Source: Candidatus Falkowbacteria bacterium (GTDB taxonomy: Bacteria > Patescibacteriota > Patescibacteriia > Patescibacteriales > GWE2-39-37). From it: DNA of 64,000 nt. This document shows, one piece after another, positions 39,024 through 48,341 of this stretch. Within the stretch, counting starts at the first letter, position 1, and every line of letters starts with the position of its first letter. The notes below the pieces were generated by a model that had not been told where the DNA came from, did no database searches, and saw only the letters and a program-made list of their open reading frames with translations. A program made the position numbers and the translations under genes. The DNA lies in NCBI GenBank assembly GCA_013336275.1, contig JAAXUA010000002.1, positions 45,057 through 109,056 of the forward strand. Direction: 5' to 3'.

Positions 39024-39701
39024 ATGGAAAATAAGTTAGCAACAGGCAAAATAAATAAATCGACGCAGCACTATCTAGACATAGCGGAAATACGCGATGA
39101 TACGGTAATCATGAAAGATAGCACCATGCGTTCGGTGCTGCTGGTTTCCAGCATAAACTTCTCCCTGAAGAGCGAAGATGAGCAGAACGCCGTCATTTCG
39201 TCTTATGTCAGTTTTTTGAATAACATCGATTTTCCTGTCCAGATCGTAATCCAGTCACGTGAGCTGGATATAGAGAAATACCTGAACAGCCTTAAGCAGA
39301 AGGAGAAGGAGCAGACCAACGAGCTTTTGAAGATTCAGATCAACGACTATATCCAGTATATCGGCGAACTGATTTCCATCGGCAAGATCATGAGCAAGCG
39401 ATTTTACGTGGTAATCTCGTTCAATCCGCTATCGGATAAGCAGAAGGGTTTCTTTAGTTCGATGAAAGAGGCATTCAAGCCGGTTAATCTGGTCAAAATG
39501 AAACGGGAAACCTTTTTGCGACGCCGCCACGAGCTGACCCGCCGGGTTGATAACGTGATGAGCGGCTTGGCCTCAATCGGCCTCAAGTCCGTAGAATTGG
39601 ACACGCAGAGCCTGATAGAGCTTTACTACAATACTTACAATCCGGTCGTCTCGGCTCATGAGAAGCTGGTCGACGTTAAAAAATTGCGTGTAACAGAATA
39701 G
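39024..39701 (+). CDS. TraC/VirB4 N-terminal-like protein
   Basis: STQHYLDIAEIRDDTVIMK..VSSINFSLKSEDEQ..FPVQIVIQSR..LIELYYNTYNP; lies between PrgI and the ATPase. Confidence 0.75.
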   Translation: MENKLATGKINKSTQHYLDIAEIRDDTVIMKDSTMRSVLLVSSINFSLKSEDEQNAVISSYVSFLNNIDFPVQIVIQSRELDIEKYLNSLKQKEKEQTNELLKIQINDYIQYIGELISIGKIMSKRFYVVISFNPLSDKQKGFFSSMKEAFKPVNLVKMKRETFLRRRHELTRRVDNVMSGLASIGLKSVELDTQSLIELYYNTYNPVVSAHEKLVDVKKLRVTE

Positions 39702-39702
39702 C

Positions 39703-41622
39703 ATGTTCAACTTAAACGATGTAAAAAACCAAAATACCCAGCAACCAGGGCAGGCTGCCGCGCAGAAGCCGGTTATGCCTGTGGTTGACCCCAAAGAATC
39801 GAAAGAGGCTCGCGACATTATCGAACAGGAAAAGGCTTTTCGTCGGGGTGTCGTTTCGATTCGTGACCTTATCGCCCCTGCCAGCTTCCAGATAAATTCA
39901 GACTATCTCCGTTTGGGCGAGAAGTATGTTCGTACCTTGTTCGTCATCAATTATCCCCGCTACATCAGTGTGGGCTGGTTTTCCCCCATCATCAACCTGA
40001 ATTCAACCTTCGATATCGCTATGTTTTTTTATCCGGTGGCGGCCGGCGTAGTCTTAAAGCAGCTAAAGAACAAGGTAGGCGCCCTGGAGGCCCAGATTAT
40101 CGCTGATGCGGAAAAGGGAGCCGCCCGCGACCCGTTGCGTGAAACGGCCTTGCGCGATATCGAGGCTTTGCGCGATGCCTTGACCCAGGGAACTGAAAAG
40201 TTTTTCCAATTCGCCCTGTACGTTTCCTTGTACGCCGATTCTAAGGAGGAGCTTGATAACCTCTCTGATGAGATAGAGAATATTTTCGGTTCGCGGCTGG
40301 TGTATTCCCGCCGGGTTTTTTTCCAGGCTGAGCAGGGATTCAATTCAACCATGCCTTTGGGCAATGACGAGCTATTCATCTGCTTTAACATGAATTCATC
40401 GCCGGTCGCTTCATCTTTTCCTTTTATGTCCTCGGAGCTGACAACGGACAATGGCGTCCTTTACGGTATTAACCGCCATAACAACAGCTTGATTTTATTC
40501 GATCGTTTCAGCCTGCAGAACGCCAATTCGGTCGTGTTTGCCACCTCAGGTTCGGGTAAGAGCTATACCGTCAAGCTTGAGATATTGCGCAGCTTGATGG
40601 TCGGTACGGATGTGATAATCATCGACCCGGAGTATGAATATAAGCACCTTTCAGATGCTGTCGGCGGCACTTATATCAACATTTCCTTGTCTAGCGAAAA
40701 CAAAATCAATCCTTTCGATTTGCCGCGCTCCATCGGCGGTGACGCTAGAGCTGAGGACATCATCCGCAGCGCGGTCATAACGGTCAAAGGCCTGTTGAAA
40801 ATCATGTTAGGCACCTTGACCAACGAAGAGGATTCAATAATCGATAGAGCACTTTTGGAAACCTATGCCAAGAAGGATATCACGCCTGACGCCGATCTTT
40901 CCAAGGTCGAGTCGCCGATTTTGCAGGACTTTCAGGATATCCTTGAGGGCATGGAGGGCTCGTCTGACTTGGTTGTTCGTCTGAAAAAATATACCGAGGG
41001 CACTTTCGCCGGTCTTTTGAATAACCCGACCAATGTCAAAATGGATAACCAACTGATCTGTTTCTCTGTCCGAGACCTTGAAGACGAATTGCGGCCGATG
41101 TCCATTTATACGATCATCAACTATATCTGGAATATCGTCCGCTCAGAAACCAAGCGCCGCATTTTGGTAATTGACGAAGCGTGGTGGATGATGCAGCATG
41201 AGGATTCGGCGAAGTTCATTTTCGCTCTGGTCAAGCGCTGCCGTAAATATTATCTCGGTGTCACTACGATCACCCAGGATGTCAATGACTTTTTGCGCTC
41301 TCCCTATGGTCAGGCCATCGTGACCAACTCGTCGTTGCAGCTTCTATTGAAGCAGTCGCCGGCCTCGATCGAGATGATCCAAAAAACTTTCAGCCTGACT
41401 GAGGGCGAGAAATATCTGCTGATGGAGTGCGGCGTGGGCGAGGGGATATTTTTTGCCGGACCGCGGCATGCCGCCATCAAGGTTGTGGCTTCATACACCG
41501 AAGACCAGCTAATCACCACTGACCCGAAGCAGCTCTTGGAGATCGAGGAGGCTAAGCGTGAATTCGCGGCAAGCAATGATGCCGGATCTTCACAGCCGCA
41601 GGACATGGATATTGATTTATAA
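39703..41622 (+). CDS. VirB4-like type IV secretion ATPase
   Basis: Walker A ATSGSGKS, IIDPEYEY, INPFD, Walker B LVIDEAW and RKY..TITQD. Confidence 0.92.
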   Translation: MFNLNDVKNQNTQQPGQAAAQKPVMPVVDPKESKEARDIIEQEKAFRRGVVSIRDLIAPASFQINSDYLRLGEKYVRTLFVINYPRYISVGWFSPIINLNSTFDIAMFFYPVAAGVVLKQLKNKVGALEAQIIADAEKGAARDPLRETALRDIEALRDALTQGTEKFFQFALYVSLYADSKEELDNLSDEIENIFGSRLVYSRRVFFQAEQGFNSTMPLGNDELFICFNMNSSPVASSFPFMSSELTTDNGVLYGINRHNNSLILFDRFSLQNANSVVFATSGSGKSYTVKLEILRSLMVGTDVIIIDPEYEYKHLSDAVGGTYINISLSSENKINPFDLPRSIGGDARAEDIIRSAVITVKGLLKIMLGTLTNEEDSIIDRALLETYAKKDITPDADLSKVESPILQDFQDILEGMEGSSDLVVRLKKYTEGTFAGLLNNPTNVKMDNQLICFSVRDLEDELRPMSIYTIINYIWNIVRSETKRRILVIDEAWWMMQHEDSAKFIFALVKRCRKYYLGVTTITQDVNDFLRSPYGQAIVTNSSLQLLLKQSPASIEMIQKTFSLTEGEKYLLMECGVGEGIFFAGPRHAAIKVVASYTEDQLITTDPKQLLEIEEAKREFAASNDAGSSQPQDMDIDL

Positions 41623-41649
41623 TAACCGCGCTTCGGCGCAACCAAACAT

Positions 41650-42246
41650 ATGGATCGTCGATTTATTGGCTTTTTCTTTATCGGCCTGGGGGTCATCATA
41701 TTGATCCTGATAATTTATTTCCTGTTTTTCTTCAAGTTCAACAAGCCCGCGGCCGAAACTCCTAAGCCAGAACCGGCCAAGGAACAGCCGGTCGTCAAGA
41801 CCGTAGTCGAGCCCCCGAAAATTATCGATGCCAGGCCAGTTACTAAAGCGGAGCTTGATCAAGAGGGGATCAAGCGTCTAGCTGCCAGTTTTGCCGAGCG
41901 TTTCGGCAGCTATTCCAGCCACTCCAATTTTCAGAATATGGATGACTTGAAGCTGTTCATGACAGACAAGATGAAGGCCTGGTCTGAGGACTTCGTTAAA
42001 ACACAGGCCTTGAAACAGGCCGGCAAGACCGACTACTACGGCATTACGACCAAGGCTATAACCAAGAAGATGGTGGAGTTTGATGAGGCGAAGGGCGTGG
42101 CCAAGGTTTCAATTCAGTCGCAACGAAGGGAAACAATCGGCCAGGCCGGAGCGCCGGTCAGTTTTGGGCAAGCTATTGAAATTACTCTTTTGAAGCAGGG
42201 AGGTACCTGGAAGGTGGATCAGGCGTATTGGAAAGATAGGCAATAA
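41650..42246 (+). CDS. Bitopic protein with an NTF2-like domain (VirB8/TcpC-like)
   Basis: N-terminal TM, Pro linker, A..FAERFGSYS, C-terminal ITLLKQGGTWKVD. Confidence 0.65.
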   Translation: MDRRFIGFFFIGLGVIILILIIYFLFFFKFNKPAAETPKPEPAKEQPVVKTVVEPPKIIDARPVTKAELDQEGIKRLAASFAERFGSYSSHSNFQNMDDLKLFMTDKMKAWSEDFVKTQALKQAGKTDYYGITTKAITKKMVEFDEAKGVAKVSIQSQRRETIGQAGAPVSFGQAIEITLLKQGGTWKVDQAYWKDRQ

Positions 42247-42968
42247 TGTGCAGGCTTGAGATATTGAAAAACAAGATTTCGATTCTCGGATCTTGTTTTT
42301 TTGATGCCATTTTTCCAAAACGATGTGCGGGCTGCGGCAAGCAAGGTGAATGGCTGTGCAAAGCCTGTTCTGGCATATTATTTTTCCGGCCGCAGCAGGA
42401 TTGCCTGGTTTGTGGCCAACCGAACCAGGATGGCGGCAAATGTACCCATTGCGCACCCTTGGCACACAGCAGACGGGTGTTGTGCGCCTTCAGCTATCAT
42501 CAAGATATACCCGTGAGGCTGGTAAAAATATTCAAATATGATTTTGTAAGATCTGCGGACCAGGTTCTTGGGACTCTGATGGCGGATTTTTTGGCGAGAC
42601 AGGACAATATTCCCAAGGAGTTGCTAGTTTTGCCCGTTCCACTACACGGCAAGCGTCATCGTTGGCGGGGTTATAATCAATCGGCGTTATTAGCTGAAGC
42701 CATAGCTAGCTATTTCGGCTGGAGCTATGATAGCGGTATCTTATTCCGTCATAAGGCCACAAAGCCTCAGGCGAAAATGGAATCAAGCGCGAGGTGCCTT
42801 AATGTTGATGGCTGCTTTTCTGTCAGATCCGGTTTGAATTTGAAAGGATTAAGGGTGATGCTTGTCGATGATGTAGTTACGACTGGCGCCACAGTCGAGT
42901 CCTGCGCCTTAGTCTTGAAACGAGCTGGAGCCAAATCTGTCGATGTCTTAGCACTGATCAGGGGATAG
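42246..42968 (+). CDS. comF: ComF family phosphoribosyltransferase-like competence protein
   Basis: Double zinc ribbon (CAGC, CKAC, CLVC, CTHC), PVPLH, RGYNQS and LVDDVVTTGATV. Confidence 0.92.
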   Translation: MCRLEILKNKISILGSCFFDAIFPKRCAGCGKQGEWLCKACSGILFFRPQQDCLVCGQPNQDGGKCTHCAPLAHSRRVLCAFSYHQDIPVRLVKIFKYDFVRSADQVLGTLMADFLARQDNIPKELLVLPVPLHGKRHRWRGYNQSALLAEAIASYFGWSYDSGILFRHKATKPQAKMESSARCLNVDGCFSVRSGLNLKGLRVMLVDDVVTTGATVESCALVLKRAGAKSVDVLALIRG

Positions 42969-43076
42969 GCGAGACGTGGCTTGGAGGGTTTACAAAAAGA
43001 GTGGTATATATTAGAATGTGTATATCGCTCAATAACCAAGAATTTTGGTTATTTTTGTGTAAAAATAGCAAAAAAA

Positions 43077-43127
43077 GGAGAGGTGCCTTCCGCCCAAGGC
43101 GGACCCGCCTTGGGCGGGGAGTGGCTG
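43077..43127 (+). repeat. Duplicated 5' 21 nt of tRNA-Ser(GCT), interrupted by a 30-nt palindrome
   Basis: GGAGAGGTGCCT[TCCGCCCAAGGCGGACCCGCCTTGGGCGGG]GAGTGGCTG versus tRNA 43383-43403 GGAGAGGTGCCTGAGTGGCTG. Confidence 0.9.
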
Positions 43128-43131
43128 TTTT

Positions 43132-43377
43132 ATGTACTATGTCTATATACTAAAAAGTAGAAGGAACGGAAAGCTTTATAAAGGCTTTACTAATGATTTG
43201 AAGAGAAGAGTTTCGGAACACAATTCTGGCCATTCAGACTTTACCAGAAATAATGGACCTTGGGATTTGGTGTATTATGAAGCTTTCCTGAGCAAAGATG
43301 ATGCAAGAAAAGAAGAGCAGTTTTTAAAAACTGGCAAAGGAAGAGAACGAATAAAATACTTGTTATCAATAGATTAA
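43132..43377 (+). CDS. Small standalone GIY-YIG nuclease
   Basis: MYYVYILKS..LYKGFTNDLKRRVSEHN..WDLVYYEAF..ARKEEQFLK. Confidence 0.92.
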   Translation: MYYVYILKSRRNGKLYKGFTNDLKRRVSEHNSGHSDFTRNNGPWDLVYYEAFLSKDDARKEEQFLKTGKGRERIKYLLSID

Positions 43378-43382
43378 ATTTT

Positions 43383-43469
43383 GGAGAGGTGCCTGAGTGG
43401 CTGAAAGGGGCACCCTGCTAAGGTGTTAGACTAGAAATAGTCTCGAGAGTTCGAATCTCTCCCTCTCCG
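43383..43469 (+). tRNA. tRNA-Ser(GCT)
   Basis: Acceptor GGAGAGG/CCTCTCC, anticodon loop CTGCTAA, long variable arm, GTTCGAATC; CCA not encoded. Confidence 0.96.
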
Positions 43470-43480
43470 CACAAACAAAG

Positions 43481-43512
43481 AAGCCGCGACTTGTGTCGCG
43501 GCTTTTGGTTTT
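43481..43512. terminator. Intrinsic terminator after tRNA-Ser
   Basis: AAGCCGCGAC-TTGT-GTCGCGGCTT followed by a T-rich tract. Confidence 0.8.
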
Positions 43513-43524
43513 AATTGAGGTGAA

Positions 43525-44676
43525 TCAGCCGATGTCTATCCGTGGGAAATCGGGGCGGTATTCGCGGAAGACCTTGCTGTCCTCATAAAGAGCTCGGGAG
43601 ATGCTGGCCCGATCCATGTCATTGGGGGTTTCGCCGCAAGCGATTTTGACCCAGAGCTTGGTCAGGTAATATCTGAGGGAGTCTGACAGGTAGCCGATTT
43701 CATTGAGCATGTTGTTCGACCCGCTGGGGATGAAGATATCGGCAATGTTGTCGGTGCCGAGGCGGACCGGAATCTCCCACTTGATCATCTCGAGCAAACG
43801 GGCAATGCTGTTGTGCAGCGGACCTTCGATCGGCCTGATCTGGCGCATCGACAGAGCCGCTCGGGGGCAGCAGATAATGCCGATATTGTAGCGTTTGAGG
43901 TTGTCCAGCAGCTTCTTGAAGCGGTACTCGTCATAACATGACGGGGAGATGGCATGGACAGCCCAGACGCCGGGCTCGGTCGAATCTTTTATCTTCGGGC
44001 TGCCGAGCCATCTGACCGCCTCGACCAAGGTTTCGGTGCCGTTTTCCGAGGGGTTGTTGGCCTGATCGACATGGATGTGGACTTCCTTTCCCAGTTCGAT
44101 GCCCAATTTCAGTACCAGCTTGAGATGCTCGTCGTAGCCGATTTTATTCGGGGCGTCATCTTTTTCCGGTAAGCTGCCCAGTACGTCGGAAACCTGAGCA
44201 GCGGATTTGAAGAAATCCCAACGCTCGGATTTTTCCTGCTTGAAGCCGAAGATAGGTTGCGGGCCAATCTTGAAATCGATCTGACCCTTGTACTTCTTCT
44301 TGAGGGCTAAGGCCGTATCGATAGCGACCATGCCGATATCCGGGGTGGCGTCGATCAATGACACGACTTCCTTCGTGCCGTTGGCAATCATTTGCAGCAG
44401 CTGCTTCTCCATCCGCTCCTTCAGGCTTTCCTTGGTGTAGGCCAACCCTTTGTGCAGTTCGCCGGTCAGGTTCTGCTTGACTGACAGGGGTAGGGTAGCG
44501 GCCTCAAGCGGATCGATGCCGGCATGGACCCAGAAGTTGGCTCCAAGGGTGTCGGCTCGGTCCAGGTGGGTGTGGGCGTTGATCCAGCCGCCGTGCCGCC
44601 GTGCTAAATCGATCAGGATCTGTTCATAGCTGGACGGTTCAAAGACATACGCTGGTTTTTCAAGGATTTTTTTCAT
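43525..44676 (-). CDS. Metal-dependent amidohydrolase, cytosine deaminase-like
   Basis: NAHTHLD, HIHVDQ, VHAIS and LGTDNIAD; start MKKILEK preceded by an AAGGAG SD. Confidence 0.85.
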   Translation of the reverse strand: MKKILEKPAYVFEPSSYEQILIDLARRHGGWINAHTHLDRADTLGANFWVHAGIDPLEAATLPLSVKQNLTGELHKGLAYTKESLKERMEKQLLQMIANGTKEVVSLIDATPDIGMVAIDTALALKKKYKGQIDFKIGPQPIFGFKQEKSERWDFFKSAAQVSDVLGSLPEKDDAPNKIGYDEHLKLVLKLGIELGKEVHIHVDQANNPSENGTETLVEAVRWLGSPKIKDSTEPGVWAVHAISPSCYDEYRFKKLLDNLKRYNIGIICCPRAALSMRQIRPIEGPLHNSIARLLEMIKWEIPVRLGTDNIADIFIPSGSNNMLNEIGYLSDSLRYYLTKLWVKIACGETPNDMDRASISRALYEDSKVFREYRPDFPRIDIG

Positions 44677-44707
44677 CGGCGTTCTCCTTTCTCTGGTTTT
44701 AAAGGAC

Positions 44708-44846
44708 AAAAAAATATCCCGATTCACGGGATATCAGTGAACGGTCGGATTTTTAAAAAAACGCCAAAGCAGTTGGCGTTTTTTCCTGATTGTGTAAGTC
44801 ATGGTAATCATTACCGGTATTTTATCATAAATAGTCGGCCAGTCAA
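44708..44846 (-). promoter_or_regulatory. Promoter, 22-aa leader ORF (44802-44734) and terminator hairpin: an attenuator-like leader
   Basis: On the minus strand: TTGACT..TGATAAAAT, then ORF MTYTIRKKRQLLWRFFKNPTVH*, then ATATCCCG-TGAAT-CGGGATAT followed by a T-run, before the deaminase SD. Confidence 0.55.
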
Positions 44847-44950
44847 TATGTTTGCCCTAATTTATGCGGTCATAATTTGAACATTTGTACTATATTAAAA
44901 AAAGGACTAATATTAGTACTGTAAAGAATAAGTTATGAATAATAATAAAT

Positions 44951-45955
44951 ATGAGAAAGCATAACCATGCTTCTGGCTTTTTTTCGGTTTCTTTAGCTAT
45001 TTTAGGCAATGCTTCAATTACGGTTATTAAATTCGTCGGGTTTTTGGTTTCAGGCTCCAGCGCCTTATTTTCCGAGTCGGTCCATAGCTTTGCTGATACC
45101 ATGAACCAGTCCTTGCTGATGGTCGGCATCAAACGCTCTATCAAGAAAGCCGATTCCGAGCACACCTACGGTTACGGCCAAGAGCGATTTTTGTGGGCGT
45201 TGATTTCGGCTTGTGGCATCTTTTTCTTGGGCGCTGGCGTAACCGCAGTCAATGGAATAAACTCGATGCAGCATCCGGAATCGATCACTATCGGACCCCT
45301 GGTTTTTGCCATATTGGCGGTGTCGTTCATCGTGGAGTCCGTGACTTTCATTGTCGCCGTACGCGAGCTCAAGTCTTCCGACCCGGAGGCAAGCTTCGGT
45401 GAGCTGCTCAAGGACGGCGACCCGACCACCATCGCGGTGATTTACGAAGATGGTGTCGCCTTGATCGGCGTACTGGTCGCCTTAGCCTCTGTCACCTTGG
45501 TGAAGCTCACAGGCCAACATTATTGGGATGGCCTGGGCTCTGTCGTGATCGGGTTGATGCTGGCTGTCATAGCTGTGGTGCTGATCAGGAAAAATCGCCA
45601 GTACCTTATCCGCAAAGCCATCCCTGAAGAGGTAAAAGAGCAGATAATCCACATTCTTGAGGCCGAACCGGCGGTCGAGCGGGTCATTAATTTCAAATCA
45701 TCCATTTTGGATGTCGGAGCTTATCACGTCTTGTGCGAGATCGAGTTCAATGGCGCCCATCTCCTGAAGAAGCTCCAAGGCAACCTCAAGGAAGAATTCG
45801 AGGAAATCGATGGCGACTTCGAGGAATTCAAGAAGTTCGCTGTTCGCTATATTGACCGGGTGCCCCGGATCGTTGGCAATTACATCAACGAAATCGAAGA
45901 AAAGATCCAGAGTGAGATACCGAGCATTATCCACATCGATATCGAAATAAACTAA
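44951..45955 (+). CDS. Cation diffusion facilitator transporter
   Basis: SGSSALFSESVHSFADT, HTYGYGQERF, IYEDGVAL and WDGLGS. Confidence 0.92.
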   Translation: MRKHNHASGFFSVSLAILGNASITVIKFVGFLVSGSSALFSESVHSFADTMNQSLLMVGIKRSIKKADSEHTYGYGQERFLWALISACGIFFLGAGVTAVNGINSMQHPESITIGPLVFAILAVSFIVESVTFIVAVRELKSSDPEASFGELLKDGDPTTIAVIYEDGVALIGVLVALASVTLVKLTGQHYWDGLGSVVIGLMLAVIAVVLIRKNRQYLIRKAIPEEVKEQIIHILEAEPAVERVINFKSSILDVGAYHVLCEIEFNGAHLLKKLQGNLKEEFEEIDGDFEEFKKFAVRYIDRVPRIVGNYINEIEEKIQSEIPSIIHIDIEIN

Positions 45956-45964
45956 ACAGGCAAC

Positions 45965-46486
45965 ATGGTGATCAAATTTTTAGCTACGCTAGTTATAGCC
46001 GCCCAAGCGGTATCGGCGATAATTCTGGTTTCATTGGTTTTCCGGGGCAAGTTGCCCCGCTTGCATGGCTTTCTGGCGCACCTATCCTTGCCCCTGGCCT
46101 TTGCCACGGCCTTGGTTGCGACATTGGGCAGCCTCTATTTATCGGAAATCGCCGGTTTCAAACCCTGCGACCTCTGCTGGTTCCAACGCATTTTTATGTA
46201 TCCCCAGGCAATCCTGCTGGGGCTAGCCCTCCTGAGGCGGGAGATGGTTGTCATCTGCTATAGTCTACCCCTGCTTTTCATCGGCTTAGCCATTTCCTTG
46301 TATCATAATTACATCGTTTATCAGGCAGTAACTGCTACTTTCTGTTCGGCTATCGGGGAAATATCCTGCACTCAGCAATATATAGTCGAATATGGCTATG
46401 TCACGATTCCTCTGATGTCCCTGACCGCTTTTTTATTGGTAATCTTATCGCTTTTGCTTGCGAAGAGCAGACAGGCCCAAGAGTAG
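45965..46486 (+). CDS. DsbB/BdbC-like disulfide oxidoreductase
   Basis: GSLYLSEI.GFKPCDLCWFQRIFMYP; second Cys pair (FCS..ISC). Confidence 0.9.
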   Translation: MVIKFLATLVIAAQAVSAIILVSLVFRGKLPRLHGFLAHLSLPLAFATALVATLGSLYLSEIAGFKPCDLCWFQRIFMYPQAILLGLALLRREMVVICYSLPLLFIGLAISLYHNYIVYQAVTATFCSAIGEISCTQQYIVEYGYVTIPLMSLTAFLLVILSLLLAKSRQAQE

Positions 46487-46573
46487 GCAGACAAACCGAA
46501 GGAAGTCGATAAAAACTGTTCAGAAGGGCAGTTTTTTTATATAATGAAAGAGCGTAATTAAATAAAAACATAT

Positions 46574-48337
46574 ATGCTCAAGCATCATTTTCGATTCACC
46601 TGGAAGGTTGGCGGCGAGGCCGGTTTCGGCATCAAGCTGGCTGGCTTGTCGTTCGCCAAGGCTTGCATGCGTGCCGGCTATCACACCTTCGATTATACCG
46701 AATATCCGTCACTAATCCGCGGCGGCCACAACACCTATCAGATCACCATCGCTACGGAGCCGGTTTTCAGCGCCAGCCGGGAAGTGGAAGTCCTGGTTGC
46801 CCTGAATAAGACGACGATCGACAAGCATTTCGAAGAAATGACCGAGGGATCGGCCATCATTTATGACGGCAGTGAGATCAAGCTGAATCCGGCCAAATTC
46901 AAAGCCAAAAAAATCAGCCTGGTTTCCGTGCCGCTGAAAGAGATTAGCGCCGCGACGGGCGGCGAAATCATGCGCAATGTGGTGGCCATCGGCGCCACCG
47001 CCGGACTGCTCAACTTACCACTGTCAATTTTGAACGATATCATCAAGGAACAATTCGCGGCCAAGCCCCAGGTCATAGACCAGAATATAGAGGCGTTGAA
47101 ACAGGGGCAAGAATACGTCAAGAAGCATTATGGCAAGATCGATTTCAAGGTCAAACTTGAGCCCATCGCCCGTGAGAAGCGCTTGCTGATTGCTGGCAAC
47201 GAGGCCATGGGCATGGGGGCCTTGGCGGCTGGAGTCAATTTTTTCGCCGCCTATCCGATGACGCCCTCGACTTCATTGATGCTGTTCTTGGCAGCCCAGG
47301 CGGTCAAGACCGGACTGGTTGTCAAACATGCCGAAGACGAGATTTCGGTCATCAATATGGCCCTGGGTGCAGCTCATGTCGGCGCTCGTGCCATGTGCGG
47401 TACATCGGGCGGAGGTTACGCCTTGATGGGCGAGGGTCTAGGCTTGTGTGCGGTCAGTGAGACGCCGTTAGTCATGGTTGATGTCCAGCGTCCCGGCCCG
47501 GCAACCGGTATGCCGACCTGGACCGACCAGGGAGACCTGCAATTTGTTCTGCACAGTGCCCAGGGTGAGTTCCCCCGCATCGTGGCCGCGCCTGGAGACA
47601 TCGAAGAATGTTTCTCCATTACCGCCGAGGCCTTCAATTGGGCCGAAAAATATCAGCTGCCAGTCATTCTTTTGTCTGATAAGTTTTTGGGCGAGGGAAC
47701 TGGGACGGTCAACCCATTCGATACCAGCAAGGTCAAGATAGAAAGAGGCAAGCTTTTGGCTGAAGGCAAGATCCCGAAGAATTATAAGCGCTATAAGGTT
47801 ACTGATGACGGCATCTCACCGCGTACTCTGCCAGGTATGAAGGACGGCATTTATTGGGCTGATAGCTATGAACACACCGAGCAAGGTTTTTCGAGCGAGA
47901 CGATCGAAGACCGCATCGCTCAGGTGGATAAGCGCGCACGCAAACTGGTGACCGCCGCCAAGGACTTGGACGGCGCCAACTGGTACGGTTCGCCTAAGGC
48001 CAGAATCACTCTGGTGGCTTGGGGCTCGACCAAGGGTCCGATTTTGGACGCCATCAAACTGTTGCCGGCAGACAAGCAGAAGCAGATCGCCTTGCTGCAT
48101 CTGAACATCATCTGGCCTTTCCCGAACAAGAAAGTGACTGAGGCCATCAAGCCGGTCACGGGTCTTTTGGCTAAGCCTAAGAAGGTGGTTTTGATCGAGA
48201 ACAATTCCCAGGCCCAGCTCGGGCAGATCATCCGCCAGGAAACCGGTATCGAAATCAAGGACAAGATTCTCAAGTATGACGGCCGGCCATTTTTCCCGGA
48301 GGAGCTGGCGGAAAAGATTAATAAATTAATGAAATAA
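46574..48337 (+). CDS. 2-oxoacid:ferredoxin oxidoreductase alpha subunit (gamma-fused)
   Basis: GGEAGFG, EYPSLIRGGH, AYPMTPST, AEDEI, TSGGG and QRPGPATGMPT. Confidence 0.95.
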   Translation: MLKHHFRFTWKVGGEAGFGIKLAGLSFAKACMRAGYHTFDYTEYPSLIRGGHNTYQITIATEPVFSASREVEVLVALNKTTIDKHFEEMTEGSAIIYDGSEIKLNPAKFKAKKISLVSVPLKEISAATGGEIMRNVVAIGATAGLLNLPLSILNDIIKEQFAAKPQVIDQNIEALKQGQEYVKKHYGKIDFKVKLEPIAREKRLLIAGNEAMGMGALAAGVNFFAAYPMTPSTSLMLFLAAQAVKTGLVVKHAEDEISVINMALGAAHVGARAMCGTSGGGYALMGEGLGLCAVSETPLVMVDVQRPGPATGMPTWTDQGDLQFVLHSAQGEFPRIVAAPGDIEECFSITAEAFNWAEKYQLPVILLSDKFLGEGTGTVNPFDTSKVKIERGKLLAEGKIPKNYKRYKVTDDGISPRTLPGMKDGIYWADSYEHTEQGFSSETIEDRIAQVDKRARKLVTAAKDLDGANWYGSPKARITLVAWGSTKGPILDAIKLLPADKQKQIALLHLNIIWPFPNKKVTEAIKPVTGLLAKPKKVVLIENNSQAQLGQIIRQETGIEIKDKILKYDGRPFFPEELAEKINKLMK

Positions 48338-48341
48338 ACAT

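Noticed and set aside
39024..41622. Frameshifted virB4 pseudogene
   Set aside because: Both ORFs have their own starts and clean ends 1 nt apart, and the second has a complete ATPase domain; this reads as a two-gene arrangement
23626..42968. Integrative conjugative element or plasmid
   Set aside because: No integrase, relaxase, coupling protein or bounding att repeats seen; the locus is continuous with rsmA and comF
43077..43469. Group I intron with a homing endonuclease inside tRNA-Ser
   Set aside because: The downstream tRNA is complete on its own, and only 4-5 nt flank the ORF, leaving no room for a ribozyme core
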